Shown here: piece by piece, positions 1 through 10,063 of the stretch
How the letters are laid out: every line of letters begins with the position of its first letter
How positions within the stretch are numbered: the stretch's first letter is position 1
From: a virus
IMG/VR virus record: IMGVR_UViG_3300028584_001241
Direction: 5' to 3' (one strand)
Length of the DNA: 64,000 nt
Translations under genes and position numbers: made by a program
Notes under the pieces: model-generated
Seen by the model: only the letters and a program-made list of their open reading frames with translations
Databases searched by the model: none
Told to the model about the DNA's origin: nothing

Positions 1-696
1 TTATTTTTTTGTTCTAAACTGTATTCTGAATATAGCTAATAAAATTAGACAAATCACAATATAAAACTGAATGGCATTTAATAGTTTTTCATACTGAACT
101 ACATATTTCAAATGAAGTTTTAATACATTGGCAAACGTATCATATTGTCCATCTTTCAATGCTTTAATATTATCAATTTTACTCAACAATGTTTCAAATG
201 AAGTCAAATATTTTACTTTGTTTTCATTGCTTGGAAATGCTAAATATCTATCATAATGTTCCTTTGTAGCTTCTAATACGCTTCTGCTTGTCCCTTCTGA
301 ATTTGTATACACTTGATTGTAAACATTCATAAATTCAATTTTCGTTTGTTCAACATATGATCTATCCTTATAATCTGCATAAGATAAGAAGGCTACAAAA
401 AATGTGCTGCATAGTAACAATAGAACACCCAACTTTTTAAAACCTTTGGTAATGGAATAGTTACTGATAATCGTCAATATCAATGAAATCGTAATAAAGA
501 CACCAGCAGTAAATAGCATAGCCGTAGGTAAATAGCCATTTAATAATGCGAGCATATTGGGATCGGTAGCAGATTGTGTGACATAGTTATCATATTGTGT
601 TTTTAGCGAGTTCATTTGGAAAACGTAAAAGAACACAAAAAATAGGAAGAACGATTGGAATAGCCAGAATGCTATTATTTTAATTCTATTAAACAT
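1..696 (-). CDS. Hypothetical multi-pass membrane protein
   Basis: 231-aa ORF with AGGAG RBS and about 4 hydrophobic segments. Confidence 0.75.
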   Translation of the reverse strand: MFNRIKIIAFWLFQSFFLFFVFFYVFQMNSLKTQYDNYVTQSATDPNMLALLNGYLPTAMLFTAGVFITISLILTIISNYSITKGFKKLGVLLLLCSTFFVAFLSYADYKDRSYVEQTKIEFMNVYNQVYTNSEGTSRSVLEATKEHYDRYLAFPSNENKVKYLTSFETLLSKIDNIKALKDGQYDTFANVLKLHLKYVVQYEKLLNAIQFYIVICLILLAIFRIQFRTKK

Positions 697-850
697 CTTT
701 TTTCTCCTGAAAAGTTATAGTTCATCATACAATCAGTATAAAAAAAGTCAATTGAAGTCAAAACGAATAAAAGATAAATATTGTAAAATCTATTGTTTTT
801 TGTGCTTTCTTGTGATATTATAGTAAACTAATTAAGAGCAAGGATATGAA

Positions 851-1627
851 ATGACTGAATTGACTCCCAAACCATTATTGAAAAAGATGACCGTTGGTCA
901 ACTTTCCGCTGATGTCACTCGAGAAATTCTTGAAGATGTCATGCATTCTGATTTTGTGGGTGTCGTTAAAAATTTTGTACCGGCATTTAAAAATAAAAAT
1001 TCAAAAACAGGTAGAGTTGTTTACAAATTCGACTTCTTAAATTATTTTACAATGGTATCCACAGATAAAGGTGAACAAAATACAGTCGTCAATATCAACG
1101 GCGATGTCAGAAAGGTAAAAGAAGTATTTACTAACACTGGATTTACTATTGATCACAATGATCAAGGATCATTAGATTACATCAAGAAGTTTATTAAAGA
1201 AGTTGGAGACATCTTACCAGAAACGATTAAAGATTATGACCATACAGAAGGTGATTTTGAAGTAACACAACAAGCAGGAAAGTTTAATTTTGAAGTCAAA
1301 GTGAAAACAGTCCTCTTTGTGAAATCTAGAACGTCTGTATCGGAAAGGATTAACTGCTCATTGTCTATTACATCAAAAGCGACTGGGTTGGTAGAACGGG
1401 TTAAGTTTAGAATTCAAGAAAGTAAGTTTATCTTTGGAACATCAGTGTATGATTTTGAAAATGTAAGACCTGATTTCTTTAAACATAAACTAAAAAAAGT
1501 ATTTTTAACATACAGTAAAAACATTATTGATGAATATGGGTTGATTGATACGACTAAACGCCCAAGTGAAGTGAATGATGAAGAATATGAACGCATGAAA
1601 ACAATTGTCAAAATGATTACCATCTAG
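851..1627 (+). CDS. Hypothetical protein with C-terminal MxxI tag
   Basis: 258 aa, AAGGA RBS; ends ...KTIVKMITI followed by TAG. Confidence 0.8.
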   Translation: MTELTPKPLLKKMTVGQLSADVTREILEDVMHSDFVGVVKNFVPAFKNKNSKTGRVVYKFDFLNYFTMVSTDKGEQNTVVNINGDVRKVKEVFTNTGFTIDHNDQGSLDYIKKFIKEVGDILPETIKDYDHTEGDFEVTQQAGKFNFEVKVKTVLFVKSRTSVSERINCSLSITSKATGLVERVKFRIQESKFIFGTSVYDFENVRPDFFKHKLKKVFLTYSKNIIDEYGLIDTTKRPSEVNDEEYERMKTIVKMITI

Positions 1628-1640
1628 GAGGAAACACATC

Positions 1641-1730
1641 ATGAAAGTCAGTCAACGTAAAAAGAACGCATTCAAAAAAACACTTAAAAAATATCTGCAA
1701 AAGATTAAGCAGATGAAAAAACTAGGCTGA
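1641..1730 (+). CDS. Small basic peptide (29 aa, MKVSQRKKNAFKKTLKKYLQKIKQMKKLG)
   Basis: AGGAGG RBS overlapping the previous stop; not in ORF track. Confidence 0.55.
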   Translation: MKVSQRKKNAFKKTLKKYLQKIKQMKKLG

Positions 1731-1776
1731 TAATATTTTATGCATAAATATTGTCGCCATTATTGGAGATTTATAT

Positions 1777-2385
1777 ATGCAACAGTATCCATCAATAGGT
1801 AAAGGCATTATTCAAGACGTTGACTACTACATTTTTGACAAATTAGACGGTTCAAACGTTCGAGTTGAATATTCGCTTAAAAAAGGCTTCGATAAATTTG
1901 GAACAAGAAAGAAATTAATGTCAGATGATTCAGGCATTCTTAATCAGTCAAAAGAGTTGATTATGGGTTATGAAAAAGCTGTTCATGATATCTTTAAAAA
2001 GAATAAATGGGAAAATGGAACGTTGTTTTTTGAGTTTCACGGCCCTAATTCTTTTGCTGGTTTCCATGATGAGAATGATACATTCAAAGTATCTCTTATT
2101 GACGCTCACATTGGTAAAATAGGTTACTTACCACCAAAAGAATACATCAAGACGTTTGATGGTTCAGTAGAAATGTCTGAATTTCTTCTTATTTCTAAGT
2201 TCAACAGAACAATGTTAGAGAAGATTAAAACGGGCACTCTCGATGGTGTGACATTTGAAGGTGTCATTGGTAAGGCCGTTGTAAGAAACAAGATAGTAAG
2301 GTGTAAAGTCAAAAATCAAGCTTGGATTGATAAGTTAAAAGCCAAGTGCGGTGATGATGAAACCCTATTCAATACCTTGGAATAA
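1777..2385 (+). CDS. Rnl2-like RNA ligase / covalent nucleotidyltransferase domain
   Basis: Motif I KLDGSN, motif III EFHG, motif IV EGVIGK, motif V KVKN. Confidence 0.75.
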   Translation: MQQYPSIGKGIIQDVDYYIFDKLDGSNVRVEYSLKKGFDKFGTRKKLMSDDSGILNQSKELIMGYEKAVHDIFKKNKWENGTLFFEFHGPNSFAGFHDENDTFKVSLIDAHIGKIGYLPPKEYIKTFDGSVEMSEFLLISKFNRTMLEKIKTGTLDGVTFEGVIGKAVVRNKIVRCKVKNQAWIDKLKAKCGDDETLFNTLE

Positions 2386-2386
2386 C

Positions 2387-2408
2387 AAAAAAGCCCTTCG
2401 GGGCTTTT
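2387..2408. terminator. Bidirectional intrinsic terminator
   Basis: aaaaaagccc-ttcg-gggcttttt between convergent genes. Confidence 0.85.
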
Positions 2409-3010
2409 TAGTTTTCATCTTTCTTAAAAATATTGATGGCTGCATTAATACCTTTGCTGCCAATATCTTTTGTTAAAGCACCTAACTCTTCTATTTTTCC
2501 TTTTGATGTTTTAAACGCTTCAATGGTTGAGCTATAAAGTCCACCAGACTGGGCGTTCGCTTTTTCTAAGATAGATAAGGCACCTTCTGAATTAGCTTGT
2601 TCTTTTAATTTAGATTTTTTTGCTAACTCTGCAGCTTCTTTTTTAACTTTTTCATCAATTTCCAAAAATTTAATGGCGTCTGAAACAGTAACCACTCCAT
2701 TTTTTTTGAGTTTTCCAGCAAGAAAATTTAATCCTTCGCTACTAATTTTATCTGATTCGGATACATCTTTTAGCCAACTGTCCGGCATATAAGTTTGATC
2801 AAGTCGTTCTTTTTTGTTGTAAGCTGACATAATTAAACCACTCAGCGTAAAAATAACAGCCAGTGGTGGATTTACAAAAAAGAAAAAAGGAGCTACATCC
2901 GCCATAAGGTCATGTTGACTATACTTATCACCGTGTTCTTGCCTAGATTTAACTTCATTTTCAATCATTTCCTCAATGGTTAACTCTTGTTCTTTATTAT
3001 TGAAAAACAT
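2408..3010 (-). CDS. Hypothetical membrane-anchored protein
   Basis: 200 aa, hydrophobic hairpin near N-terminus, AGGAG RBS. Confidence 0.75.
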   Translation of the reverse strand: MFFNNKEQELTIEEMIENEVKSRQEHGDKYSQHDLMADVAPFFFFVNPPLAVIFTLSGLIMSAYNKKERLDQTYMPDSWLKDVSESDKISSEGLNFLAGKLKKNGVVTVSDAIKFLEIDEKVKKEAAELAKKSKLKEQANSEGALSILEKANAQSGGLYSSTIEAFKTSKGKIEELGALTKDIGSKGINAAINIFKKDEN

Positions 3011-3102
3011 GCACGTCTCCTATTTTCATTTGTTGTATTATAGCACAAAAACAAAAAATCAGTCAAGATGACTGATAATATTTGCGACTCTATTGAATTT
3101 CC

Positions 3103-4380
3103 TTACATTTTTACTTTTTGAGTTCTCTTTACATCAAAGCGTTTAGATAAGTTATTCATGAAGTCTTTTTCTTCATCTTCAATATCAAAGAAATCATTAG
3201 AAGAACGAGCGTTCATTTTCTTTTCATGGATTTGCTTATCAAACACTTTTACATCAGTAATAACGTCACTTAACATTGCTTTCCCATTTTCCCATTGACC
3301 ATTAAACATCTTAGGCAGTAAAGGGATGATAGGTTCTATCCAACCAGCGTTAATGAAAACAGACTGATGTTTTTTATCCAGTTTCTCTATAACCTTATCG
3401 ACTTGTCTTTTTAAGTGATTTTTACCTAATTCAGTAAAGTCAGACATGATAATGATAAAATCTTTTTTAATCGCTTCATTAATGATATTTTCAAATAGTG
3501 CTCCACCTAAACCATGTCCACGGTAATTATTGCTGACCATGATACTGGATACTTTCAAAAACTTAGCAGCCATGTCTTTGGATGATTGTCCTAAATGAGC
3601 AATAGCCTTATCAACCACGACGCTGGTGTCAAGAACAGCAATGCCGCCTATTTCTAAATTGTTATGAGCAATCACCGCAAAACCATTTGTATTTTTAGGT
3701 TTAGATTCTTTTACAAAATATCTGAGGTCATAGTTTTTGTTAAGTGAGCTATACACATCATTGGTTGATTGTATCTTCACCGTATTGGCTAAGTAATTAT
3801 CTAATTCATCAAATGAAACAATATCAAAAGTAAGGTCGTGTTTTGACTTAACGATAATGCTTTGTTTAAGATCATTTTCTTCAAAGAGAACATTGTATAA
3901 TTCTGGATTAATTTCTTTCAATCTATTAATCACTGGAAGTATTTCTAAATTGCTGGTAACAAATATTTCATCCATCCCATTTTCTTCTGGTTGATCTATA
4001 CCTAAATCCACAACAGATGTAAAACCAGAAATAGGTAATTCACTGTTCAAAGGCATACGGCGTCTTGACTCTCCAAGAATTTTTTTAGTGTAGTCTGCAA
4101 TAAGAACATTTTCACCATCAACATTGATTGTGGCTTTTTCTAAATTCTTACTTGGAATTACTTTAAGGTAGTAATTATCTTCGTGATCGGTACCGATCTT
4201 TGAATATTGATAAAGTCCTTCAAAGTAATAAGAGTTGATAATACTATAAAGCGACGAAGCAATAATTTCAGAATCTTTTTTGGTTGCTTCTCTGCCATAT
4301 TCAATGTTGAATGCTTTCTTTATATCGCTGATATATCCAGTTAAGATAACTTCTTCATTATTATTGTTTGTCTTTTCCAT
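3103..4380 (-). CDS. GNAT acetyltransferase domain protein
   Basis: Motif A VSNNYRGHGLGGALF, later FTELGK; basic C-terminal tail. Confidence 0.7.
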   Translation of the reverse strand: MEKTNNNNEEVILTGYISDIKKAFNIEYGREATKKDSEIIASSLYSIINSYYFEGLYQYSKIGTDHEDNYYLKVIPSKNLEKATINVDGENVLIADYTKKILGESRRRMPLNSELPISGFTSVVDLGIDQPEENGMDEIFVTSNLEILPVINRLKEINPELYNVLFEENDLKQSIIVKSKHDLTFDIVSFDELDNYLANTVKIQSTNDVYSSLNKNYDLRYFVKESKPKNTNGFAVIAHNNLEIGGIAVLDTSVVVDKAIAHLGQSSKDMAAKFLKVSSIMVSNNYRGHGLGGALFENIINEAIKKDFIIIMSDFTELGKNHLKRQVDKVIEKLDKKHQSVFINAGWIEPIIPLLPKMFNGQWENGKAMLSDVITDVKVFDKQIHEKKMNARSSNDFFDIEDEEKDFMNNLSKRFDVKRTQKVKM

Positions 4381-4506
4381 TTTTTAACGAATACCTTGTG
4401 TTTTTTTTCAATTATAGCACAAAAATAACCAATCAAAAATACTAAACAATAAATTATTGATCAATAAGTCTGGCTATGATATACTTGCAAAATAAAGGAG
4501 TTATCT

Positions 4507-5199
4507 ATGTTATATGAAATTTATAAAGAGAATAAAGAAGGAAATGACTACTGTGTAGGCGACTTACACGGTAACTACACGGCTCTTTATGCATTATTGG
4601 AACAAATTGGTTTTAATAAAGAAAAAGACCGCCTATTTTGTTTAGGTGACTTAACTGACCGTGGATTAGACAGTAATAAAGTCCTTGAACTATTAAAAAA
4701 TAAATGGTTGTTCACTATTCGTGGAAATCATGAAGATATCCTTATCAAGCACGGTTTGAAACCTTATAACGAATGTTATCAAGACATTAACAAAGAAGGC
4801 AATCAATGGTTCTTTGCTGAAAGTCTAGAACATCGTCAAGCTATTATTAATAGACTTAATGAGCTTCCATATGCTATTCAAGTCGGTAAAGTTGGGCTTG
4901 TTCATGCTTACCCATTAGCTGATTGGAAAGATACATTGAAGGCGATTAAAAATAAAAACAAAATAGAGATTGGTAACATAATTTGGAGTAGAACTGCTTC
5001 GAAGGCTGTTCAAAAAGGTGAGAGAATTGATCCAATCACTAACATTGATGTCGTCTTTGTAGGTCATCATATCTTTAAAAATCCTGAACGTCATGCTAAC
5101 GTAATCTTTCTTGATACTGGCTATTACTCAGGTGGTTCATTGACTGCAGTAAACCTTAAAACCTTGAAAGTTGCTGGCCGTGTCTTCGCAAAAGGATAA
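4507..5199 (+). CDS. Metallophosphoesterase (lambda NinI/PphA-like Ser/Thr phosphatase)
   Basis: GDLHG, GDLTDRG, RGNHE, VHA, GHH, LDTG motifs. Confidence 0.9.
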   Translation: MLYEIYKENKEGNDYCVGDLHGNYTALYALLEQIGFNKEKDRLFCLGDLTDRGLDSNKVLELLKNKWLFTIRGNHEDILIKHGLKPYNECYQDINKEGNQWFFAESLEHRQAIINRLNELPYAIQVGKVGLVHAYPLADWKDTLKAIKNKNKIEIGNIIWSRTASKAVQKGERIDPITNIDVVFVGHHIFKNPERHANVIFLDTGYYSGGSLTAVNLKTLKVAGRVFAKG

Positions 5200-5203
5200 T
5201 AAA

Positions 5204-5635
5204 ATGAGAAGAATAAAAATAACAATGAAAGAAACTAAATGTGTTTTAGACTTCCATTTTGAAACAGAAGGTGATATAGGAGATTATGAGAAAGGACGTT
5301 TAATCAAATCAATGGAAACTATTTTATTGACTTTAATGGAAACTAATTTTTATGATATAAGAACATTGAAGTTTGAAATAAGTGATACACGGCCTATCAA
5401 AAGAATGCGTAAAAGAAACCGTAAACACGGATTATTTATTCAGTATTATAAAGATGTTCATGAAGGACTTGATGTATTCTTTTCATGGAATGGTAAGCGT
5501 GAGATGAAATCAAATCAACGTTATCTAATGAATGAGTTTCATAAAGATAATGGCATCTTTGAATATTTGGAAACGATGGGATATTTAAAAGAAACGATTG
5601 ATTTTGAGCTAAGAACTATCGAAAAATTCTATTAA
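5204..5635 (+). CDS. Hypothetical protein
   Basis: ORF; start moved to ATG after AAGGA RBS. Confidence 0.65.
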   Translation: MRRIKITMKETKCVLDFHFETEGDIGDYEKGRLIKSMETILLTLMETNFYDIRTLKFEISDTRPIKRMRKRNRKHGLFIQYYKDVHEGLDVFFSWNGKREMKSNQRYLMNEFHKDNGIFEYLETMGYLKETIDFELRTIEKFY

Positions 5636-5644
5636 TAAAGGGTT

Positions 5645-6226
5645 TTAAAGCCCTTTTACATTTATTTTTTCTTCTTTTTCAAGTTCTTTCATCTTTAAAT
5701 TAATATTTTTTTCAAACAGAGCTTTATATTCTTCTCGGGACTTAATCGCCAACTCATTATCTACATAAGAAATAGAGATATTATTTTTCTCTCTATCACA
5801 AGTGAGGTAGACTCGGGTTGTTAAGAGGTCATAGATGTAAGCGATATCTTTATCTTTAATAATATCACCTTTCAATTTAATTTCTTTGCTTTTATCCGTA
5901 ACAATATCTACCTTATAAAAGTCATATTTTTTATTCAAAAATTTATCAATTAAAGCCACATCTTCTTCACATGATGTTAAGACCTTACCAGACGCATTGA
6001 TCGAGTAAATCTTCTTAGTTTTAGGCGTTACTGACAGATGATATTCAGTAAACATAAAGAACTGTCGATCTTTCTCGGGAGTGACTTCTATTTTCTTGAA
6101 AGGTTCCTGAGCATCTTCTTGCGAGTAACGTAACTTATAACCAAAAGCATTGGTTACATCTTTAGTTTCGCCAGCCATCACTGATGTTGTTGCTAATGCG
6201 GCTATTAACACTGCTATTTTTTTCAT
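5645..6226 (-). CDS. Secreted protein (paralog of 49431..50045)
   Basis: Signal peptide; shared FG.kL, T..IY.I, C...L..KY pattern. Confidence 0.7.
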   Translation of the reverse strand: MKKIAVLIAALATTSVMAGETKDVTNAFGYKLRYSQEDAQEPFKKIEVTPEKDRQFFMFTEYHLSVTPKTKKIYSINASGKVLTSCEEDVALIDKFLNKKYDFYKVDIVTDKSKEIKLKGDIIKDKDIAYIYDLLTTRVYLTCDREKNNISISYVDNELAIKSREEYKALFEKNINLKMKELEKEEKINVKGL

Positions 6227-6343
6227 TAAATAATCCTTAAATATGAAACTATATTACAATAAATAGCCTCATTGTCAAACCGATAGAGAGCTTGATAGTC
6301 ATTGAGTATTATGATATAATTGCGTAAATTAAGGAGATGACGA

Positions 6344-7009
6344 ATGAACGCCACTGATGTGAATATTGATAAGGCTGATCATCATTTTAAATTAGCAATG
6401 AACGCATTAGTCGTAATGTGTGTTGTTTTGCCATTTCTACAAATCTTCTTTGGTGAATTTAAATGGTCAAACTTTTTTTCATCATTAAGCATTGCTTCAT
6501 CCATGACGATTGCTACGGTGTTCTTCAAAAGAACAATGATTAATGAAGGTTACAAGGTTAAAATGAACAGCTTCATTTACTTGGTCGCTTTAATCCCTAT
6601 TGTAACTGTTGGAACCATTGTATCAAGTTACTATTATACCCCTATAAAAATGATGTTAGATGTGTTCCCTGTGTATATGATGATGCCGTTGATTGTCTAC
6701 ATGGCCTGTATATTTAAATGTATTTATAAAACACTAGAATCACTTTGCTCCAAGGGTTCTATTATTCAAGCATTAGACTTAGAAAAAAAAGATTACACCG
6801 TTGTAATGAATTTTAGTGACAATGTTTTTTATGAAGTCTTTGGTAACATGAAAGTGTTCATTGGTATGGATACGGTCGCTGATTCAACAGTTTCCGTATC
6901 AAATATCAGTAATGCTACAAAAACTACCAAAGTGTCAGAGCTGACAGAAACACCGAGAAGTGAACTGACCGTTGATCACTTTACTATCGCTGATATGGAA
7001 AATATCTAA
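6344..7009 (+). CDS. Membrane protein with C-terminal MxxI tag
   Basis: About 4 TM helices; ends HFTIADMENI. Confidence 0.75.
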   Translation: MNATDVNIDKADHHFKLAMNALVVMCVVLPFLQIFFGEFKWSNFFSSLSIASSMTIATVFFKRTMINEGYKVKMNSFIYLVALIPIVTVGTIVSSYYYTPIKMMLDVFPVYMMMPLIVYMACIFKCIYKTLESLCSKGSIIQALDLEKKDYTVVMNFSDNVFYEVFGNMKVFIGMDTVADSTVSVSNISNATKTTKVSELTETPRSELTVDHFTIADMENI

Positions 7010-7023
7010 TAGGAGCAAACATA

Positions 7024-7551
7024 TTGAAAGAAGAAATTTGCCTACATTACAATAGGCACAAAAAAGAATGGTATCACAAAAAAGAAAAACTTTCTGATAT
7101 ACAATCTTACGAAGATAATCTATTCGCATCTATTAATGAAATAGTGACAATGATTGACTATATCAATAGTTTTTCATATACGCATATTGATAATTTGATC
7201 AATGCATTACCTATGACATTGATAAAAGAAGATAAGGTAAACTACCTTCATATTGATTTCTCTGATCCCATTATACAAATTAACAAGTATGACGTAGAAT
7301 TAGTGGTTCATCATCAATTATTTAATAAGCTTCCACCACTTCCTCATCAAATTCCTATTGATGAGAGATCAAAAAAATCAATGGATAAATTGTTTATAAT
7401 GAAAGTAGAAAAAGATGGTTTTATAAAAAAAGACGCTGTTATTTATAATTATTTATTCACATTTATTAAAATTATGTCAGGTATTGAATACAGCAGTGAT
7501 ATTGGAACAATTGCTGACTATATAAAACTTGCTGACATGAATAGAATCTAA
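7024..7551 (+). CDS. Hypothetical protein with C-terminal MxxI tag
   Basis: AGGAG RBS and TTG start; ends YIKLADMNRI. Confidence 0.75.
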   Translation: MKEEICLHYNRHKKEWYHKKEKLSDIQSYEDNLFASINEIVTMIDYINSFSYTHIDNLINALPMTLIKEDKVNYLHIDFSDPIIQINKYDVELVVHHQLFNKLPPLPHQIPIDERSKKSMDKLFIMKVEKDGFIKKDAVIYNYLFTFIKIMSGIEYSSDIGTIADYIKLADMNRI

Positions 7552-7560
7552 GGAGTTGTT

Positions 7561-8217
7561 ATGTTAAGTAAAAATGAGATGAAAGAGTTTGCTGAACAAT
7601 TTTTTATAGGGAAAATTAAACTAAAGAAAAACCCAACAATTTATGGAAAGGCCGATAGCTATTATTTTGCAAAAGATGGGTTATTTATGTCTTTTGAAAA
7701 TGATTCAATCTTGTTAAGCATCCCTGATGTTGGTTTTTTTACTGATAATACAGAAGAAATCACGCCTAAAATAAAAAATTGTGTCAATGCAATCAATACC
7801 ATTATAAAAATAGAAAACAATGTCAGAGGCAATGATTTAGCCAGAAAATTAGATGGTGATATCTACACAGAGATGTGTTTTAAAGTAAAGAATAAAAAAA
7901 TTGTTTTAGATTTGTTTACATTAAAAAGTTATTTCGCAATCAAAGAAGAAAAAACTAATTTTGGTCTTATATTTTTTGATGTGCCGTATTATTGTAATCA
8001 GAGCACTACTTTTAGTGTAAAAATAGATAATTTTGAAATTATATATCATCGTCGTCCAAGCAATGATTTTAGTGTAAAACCAACTCAGAATAAAAAGATA
8101 GGTGGTGATTTTGATATGTTTAACTCAAGTATTGTAAATGAAATTCTTGATTTCAATTATTTTCTAGATGATGTGTTTAACGATCAATTGAACACATTAG
8201 AAATGGCTCTATTATAG
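7561..8217 (+). CDS. Hypothetical protein with C-terminal MxxL tag
   Basis: AAGGAG RBS; ends QLNTLEMALL. Confidence 0.75.
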   Translation: MLSKNEMKEFAEQFFIGKIKLKKNPTIYGKADSYYFAKDGLFMSFENDSILLSIPDVGFFTDNTEEITPKIKNCVNAINTIIKIENNVRGNDLARKLDGDIYTEMCFKVKNKKIVLDLFTLKSYFAIKEEKTNFGLIFFDVPYYCNQSTTFSVKIDNFEIIYHRRPSNDFSVKPTQNKKIGGDFDMFNSSIVNEILDFNYFLDDVFNDQLNTLEMALL

Positions 8218-9129
8218 AGCCTTGTTCTTAATGTTTTTGAGGAAAGCTTTGAGTGTATAGAAAGCGTCATTACCACTGTTATGAAGTTGGCTGTAAGAGA
8301 TCTTGCTTTTCAATAACAAATTCTTTAAGCTAACTCTTTCATTAGGGTTAACAACCTTACCAGACTCAACAACGGGTTCTACATCAGAAAGCAACAATGA
8401 AGTGTCAATGATTTTTTTACTTGCAAACAATTCGGCCATGCCTAATGTTTCAATAACTTTCATGTCATTAGTGCTATCATGAAGTAAGATAACATCAGCT
8501 TGATTTGTAAACAAACTAATAAAGTCTTTAATAGTGTTAAGTTTTTTCACTTCTGTTTTACCAAAATTAAATGAAAAATATTTAGTATTTTCAGAAAACT
8601 GTTCTGGCATGTTTTCTTCCACAATAAAGTGATAATTTTTTTGAATATTCTTGTCAAAGTATGAAATACCGACATCAACAATGTTTTGGTTTTTATCATA
8701 AGAAAAGTCAAACGCAGTTACAGTCTTGGTCATTTTCAATTCTTTCAAAAACATACTGTCAAAAAAGTGCTTTTTATAAGTGCTATGACTGGTCATATAC
8801 TGGAAAGTAGCATCTAAATATTCAGCATGTTCTGCAGAACGAATAACAGTAAAGTCTGTTCCGTTAACATCAACAGAAATAAATGAAGAGACGTGGTAAT
8901 TTGTTTCATAGTTTGTATTGATGTAACTACACAACTTCACAAAGTCCATGAAGGGTATGTAACATTCCTTTTTATCAATATCTACATAATAGTTTCTAAT
9001 TGATATTTCAACAAACAAGTTGCGAATAGATATGAAATCAGCAATGTCTTGTCTGTTCTTTACAGATAGGCTATTGAATACCTTTTTCCTCATATCTTTT
9101 ATGGAATACGCTTTTATAATTTCATCCAT
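8212..9129 (-). CDS. DEDDh-like 3'-5' exonuclease fold protein (Exo I motif degenerate)
   Basis: AFDFSY, LLHDSTND, IIDT, LHNSGNDAFY; paralog of 13150..14157. Confidence 0.7.
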   Translation of the reverse strand: MDEIIKAYSIKDMRKKVFNSLSVKNRQDIADFISIRNLFVEISIRNYYVDIDKKECYIPFMDFVKLCSYINTNYETNYHVSSFISVDVNGTDFTVIRSAEHAEYLDATFQYMTSHSTYKKHFFDSMFLKELKMTKTVTAFDFSYDKNQNIVDVGISYFDKNIQKNYHFIVEENMPEQFSENTKYFSFNFGKTEVKKLNTIKDFISLFTNQADVILLHDSTNDMKVIETLGMAELFASKKIIDTSLLLSDVEPVVESGKVVNPNERVSLKNLLLKSKISYSQLHNSGNDAFYTLKAFLKNIKNKAL

Positions 9130-9298
9130 ATTTAAAACTCCTTTTAAGGGTATTGTAAATTGTAAAATATAACATTTACATTATGTTAATATTCTACATG
9201 CAAAAGAGGATTAGTCAAGGCGAAACCATTGATTTTAGAGGGTCTTCCTGATTTGTATCAATTTTTTTATACATAAAAAAAAGGACTTTTCAGTCCTT

Positions 9299-9949
9299 TC
9301 ATAATGTTATCTCTTGATGATGAATACTTTTTACATTGAGTGGAAAATTGCTCAAATCCAACTCGGAATTGTTTTCAATCCAGTCATAAACATCACAGAT
9401 ATCAAAAAATGTTAAGTCATTACTGCCCAACAATACTTGCATCTCAATATCAGAGATCTCGTCATTAGCCATTGAGTTAAGTTCGGCATCGTTAAACAAA
9501 ATGACTTTTAATTTTTCAACCAATTGTTTATTGAATGCCTCGACATCATCAACAACAAGACGAACCAAATCTATTTTAGTAGCACCTTCAAGAGCCGTAA
9601 GAATAAAATCATATTTTTCTGGGATGATAGGGTAGCTCAAAATCTCAGAAACAACAGGTTTTTCATCCAGAATGGCATAAAGCCCTTGTGTCATGTAAGA
9701 CGCAAGGAAAATATCCAAATCTAAGCCTTTATCAAAGATGGATACACCACAAGCCAAATCATCTTTATAAAACTTTAAAGATTTCTCAATTTTGCCAATA
9801 GGTTCATGGTCAGTGACAATGAACAAAATTGGGTTCTGACTTTGAGTGATTGCCAAACCAATACTTGGCAACTCATGTGAATACCTCACATATGTCCCAT
9901 CGGGTGTGGTTAACTCTGTGTCATATGATATCATATCTACAATTTTCAT
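9299..9949 (-). CDS. Hypothetical acidic protein
   Basis: 216-aa ORF with GAGG RBS and downstream terminator. Confidence 0.7.
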   Translation of the reverse strand: MKIVDMISYDTELTTPDGTYVRYSHELPSIGLAITQSQNPILFIVTDHEPIGKIEKSLKFYKDDLACGVSIFDKGLDLDIFLASYMTQGLYAILDEKPVVSEILSYPIIPEKYDFILTALEGATKIDLVRLVVDDVEAFNKQLVEKLKVILFNDAELNSMANDEISDIEMQVLLGSNDLTFFDICDVYDWIENNSELDLSNFPLNVKSIHHQEITL

Positions 9950-10063
9950 GGAATTACCTCTTAAATTTATTTTGTATATTATAACACTTTAATGGATTTG
10001 GTGTCAATAACTATTATTCTTTTTCAATATTTTAATGGATAAAAGGGGCATTGCCCCTCTATT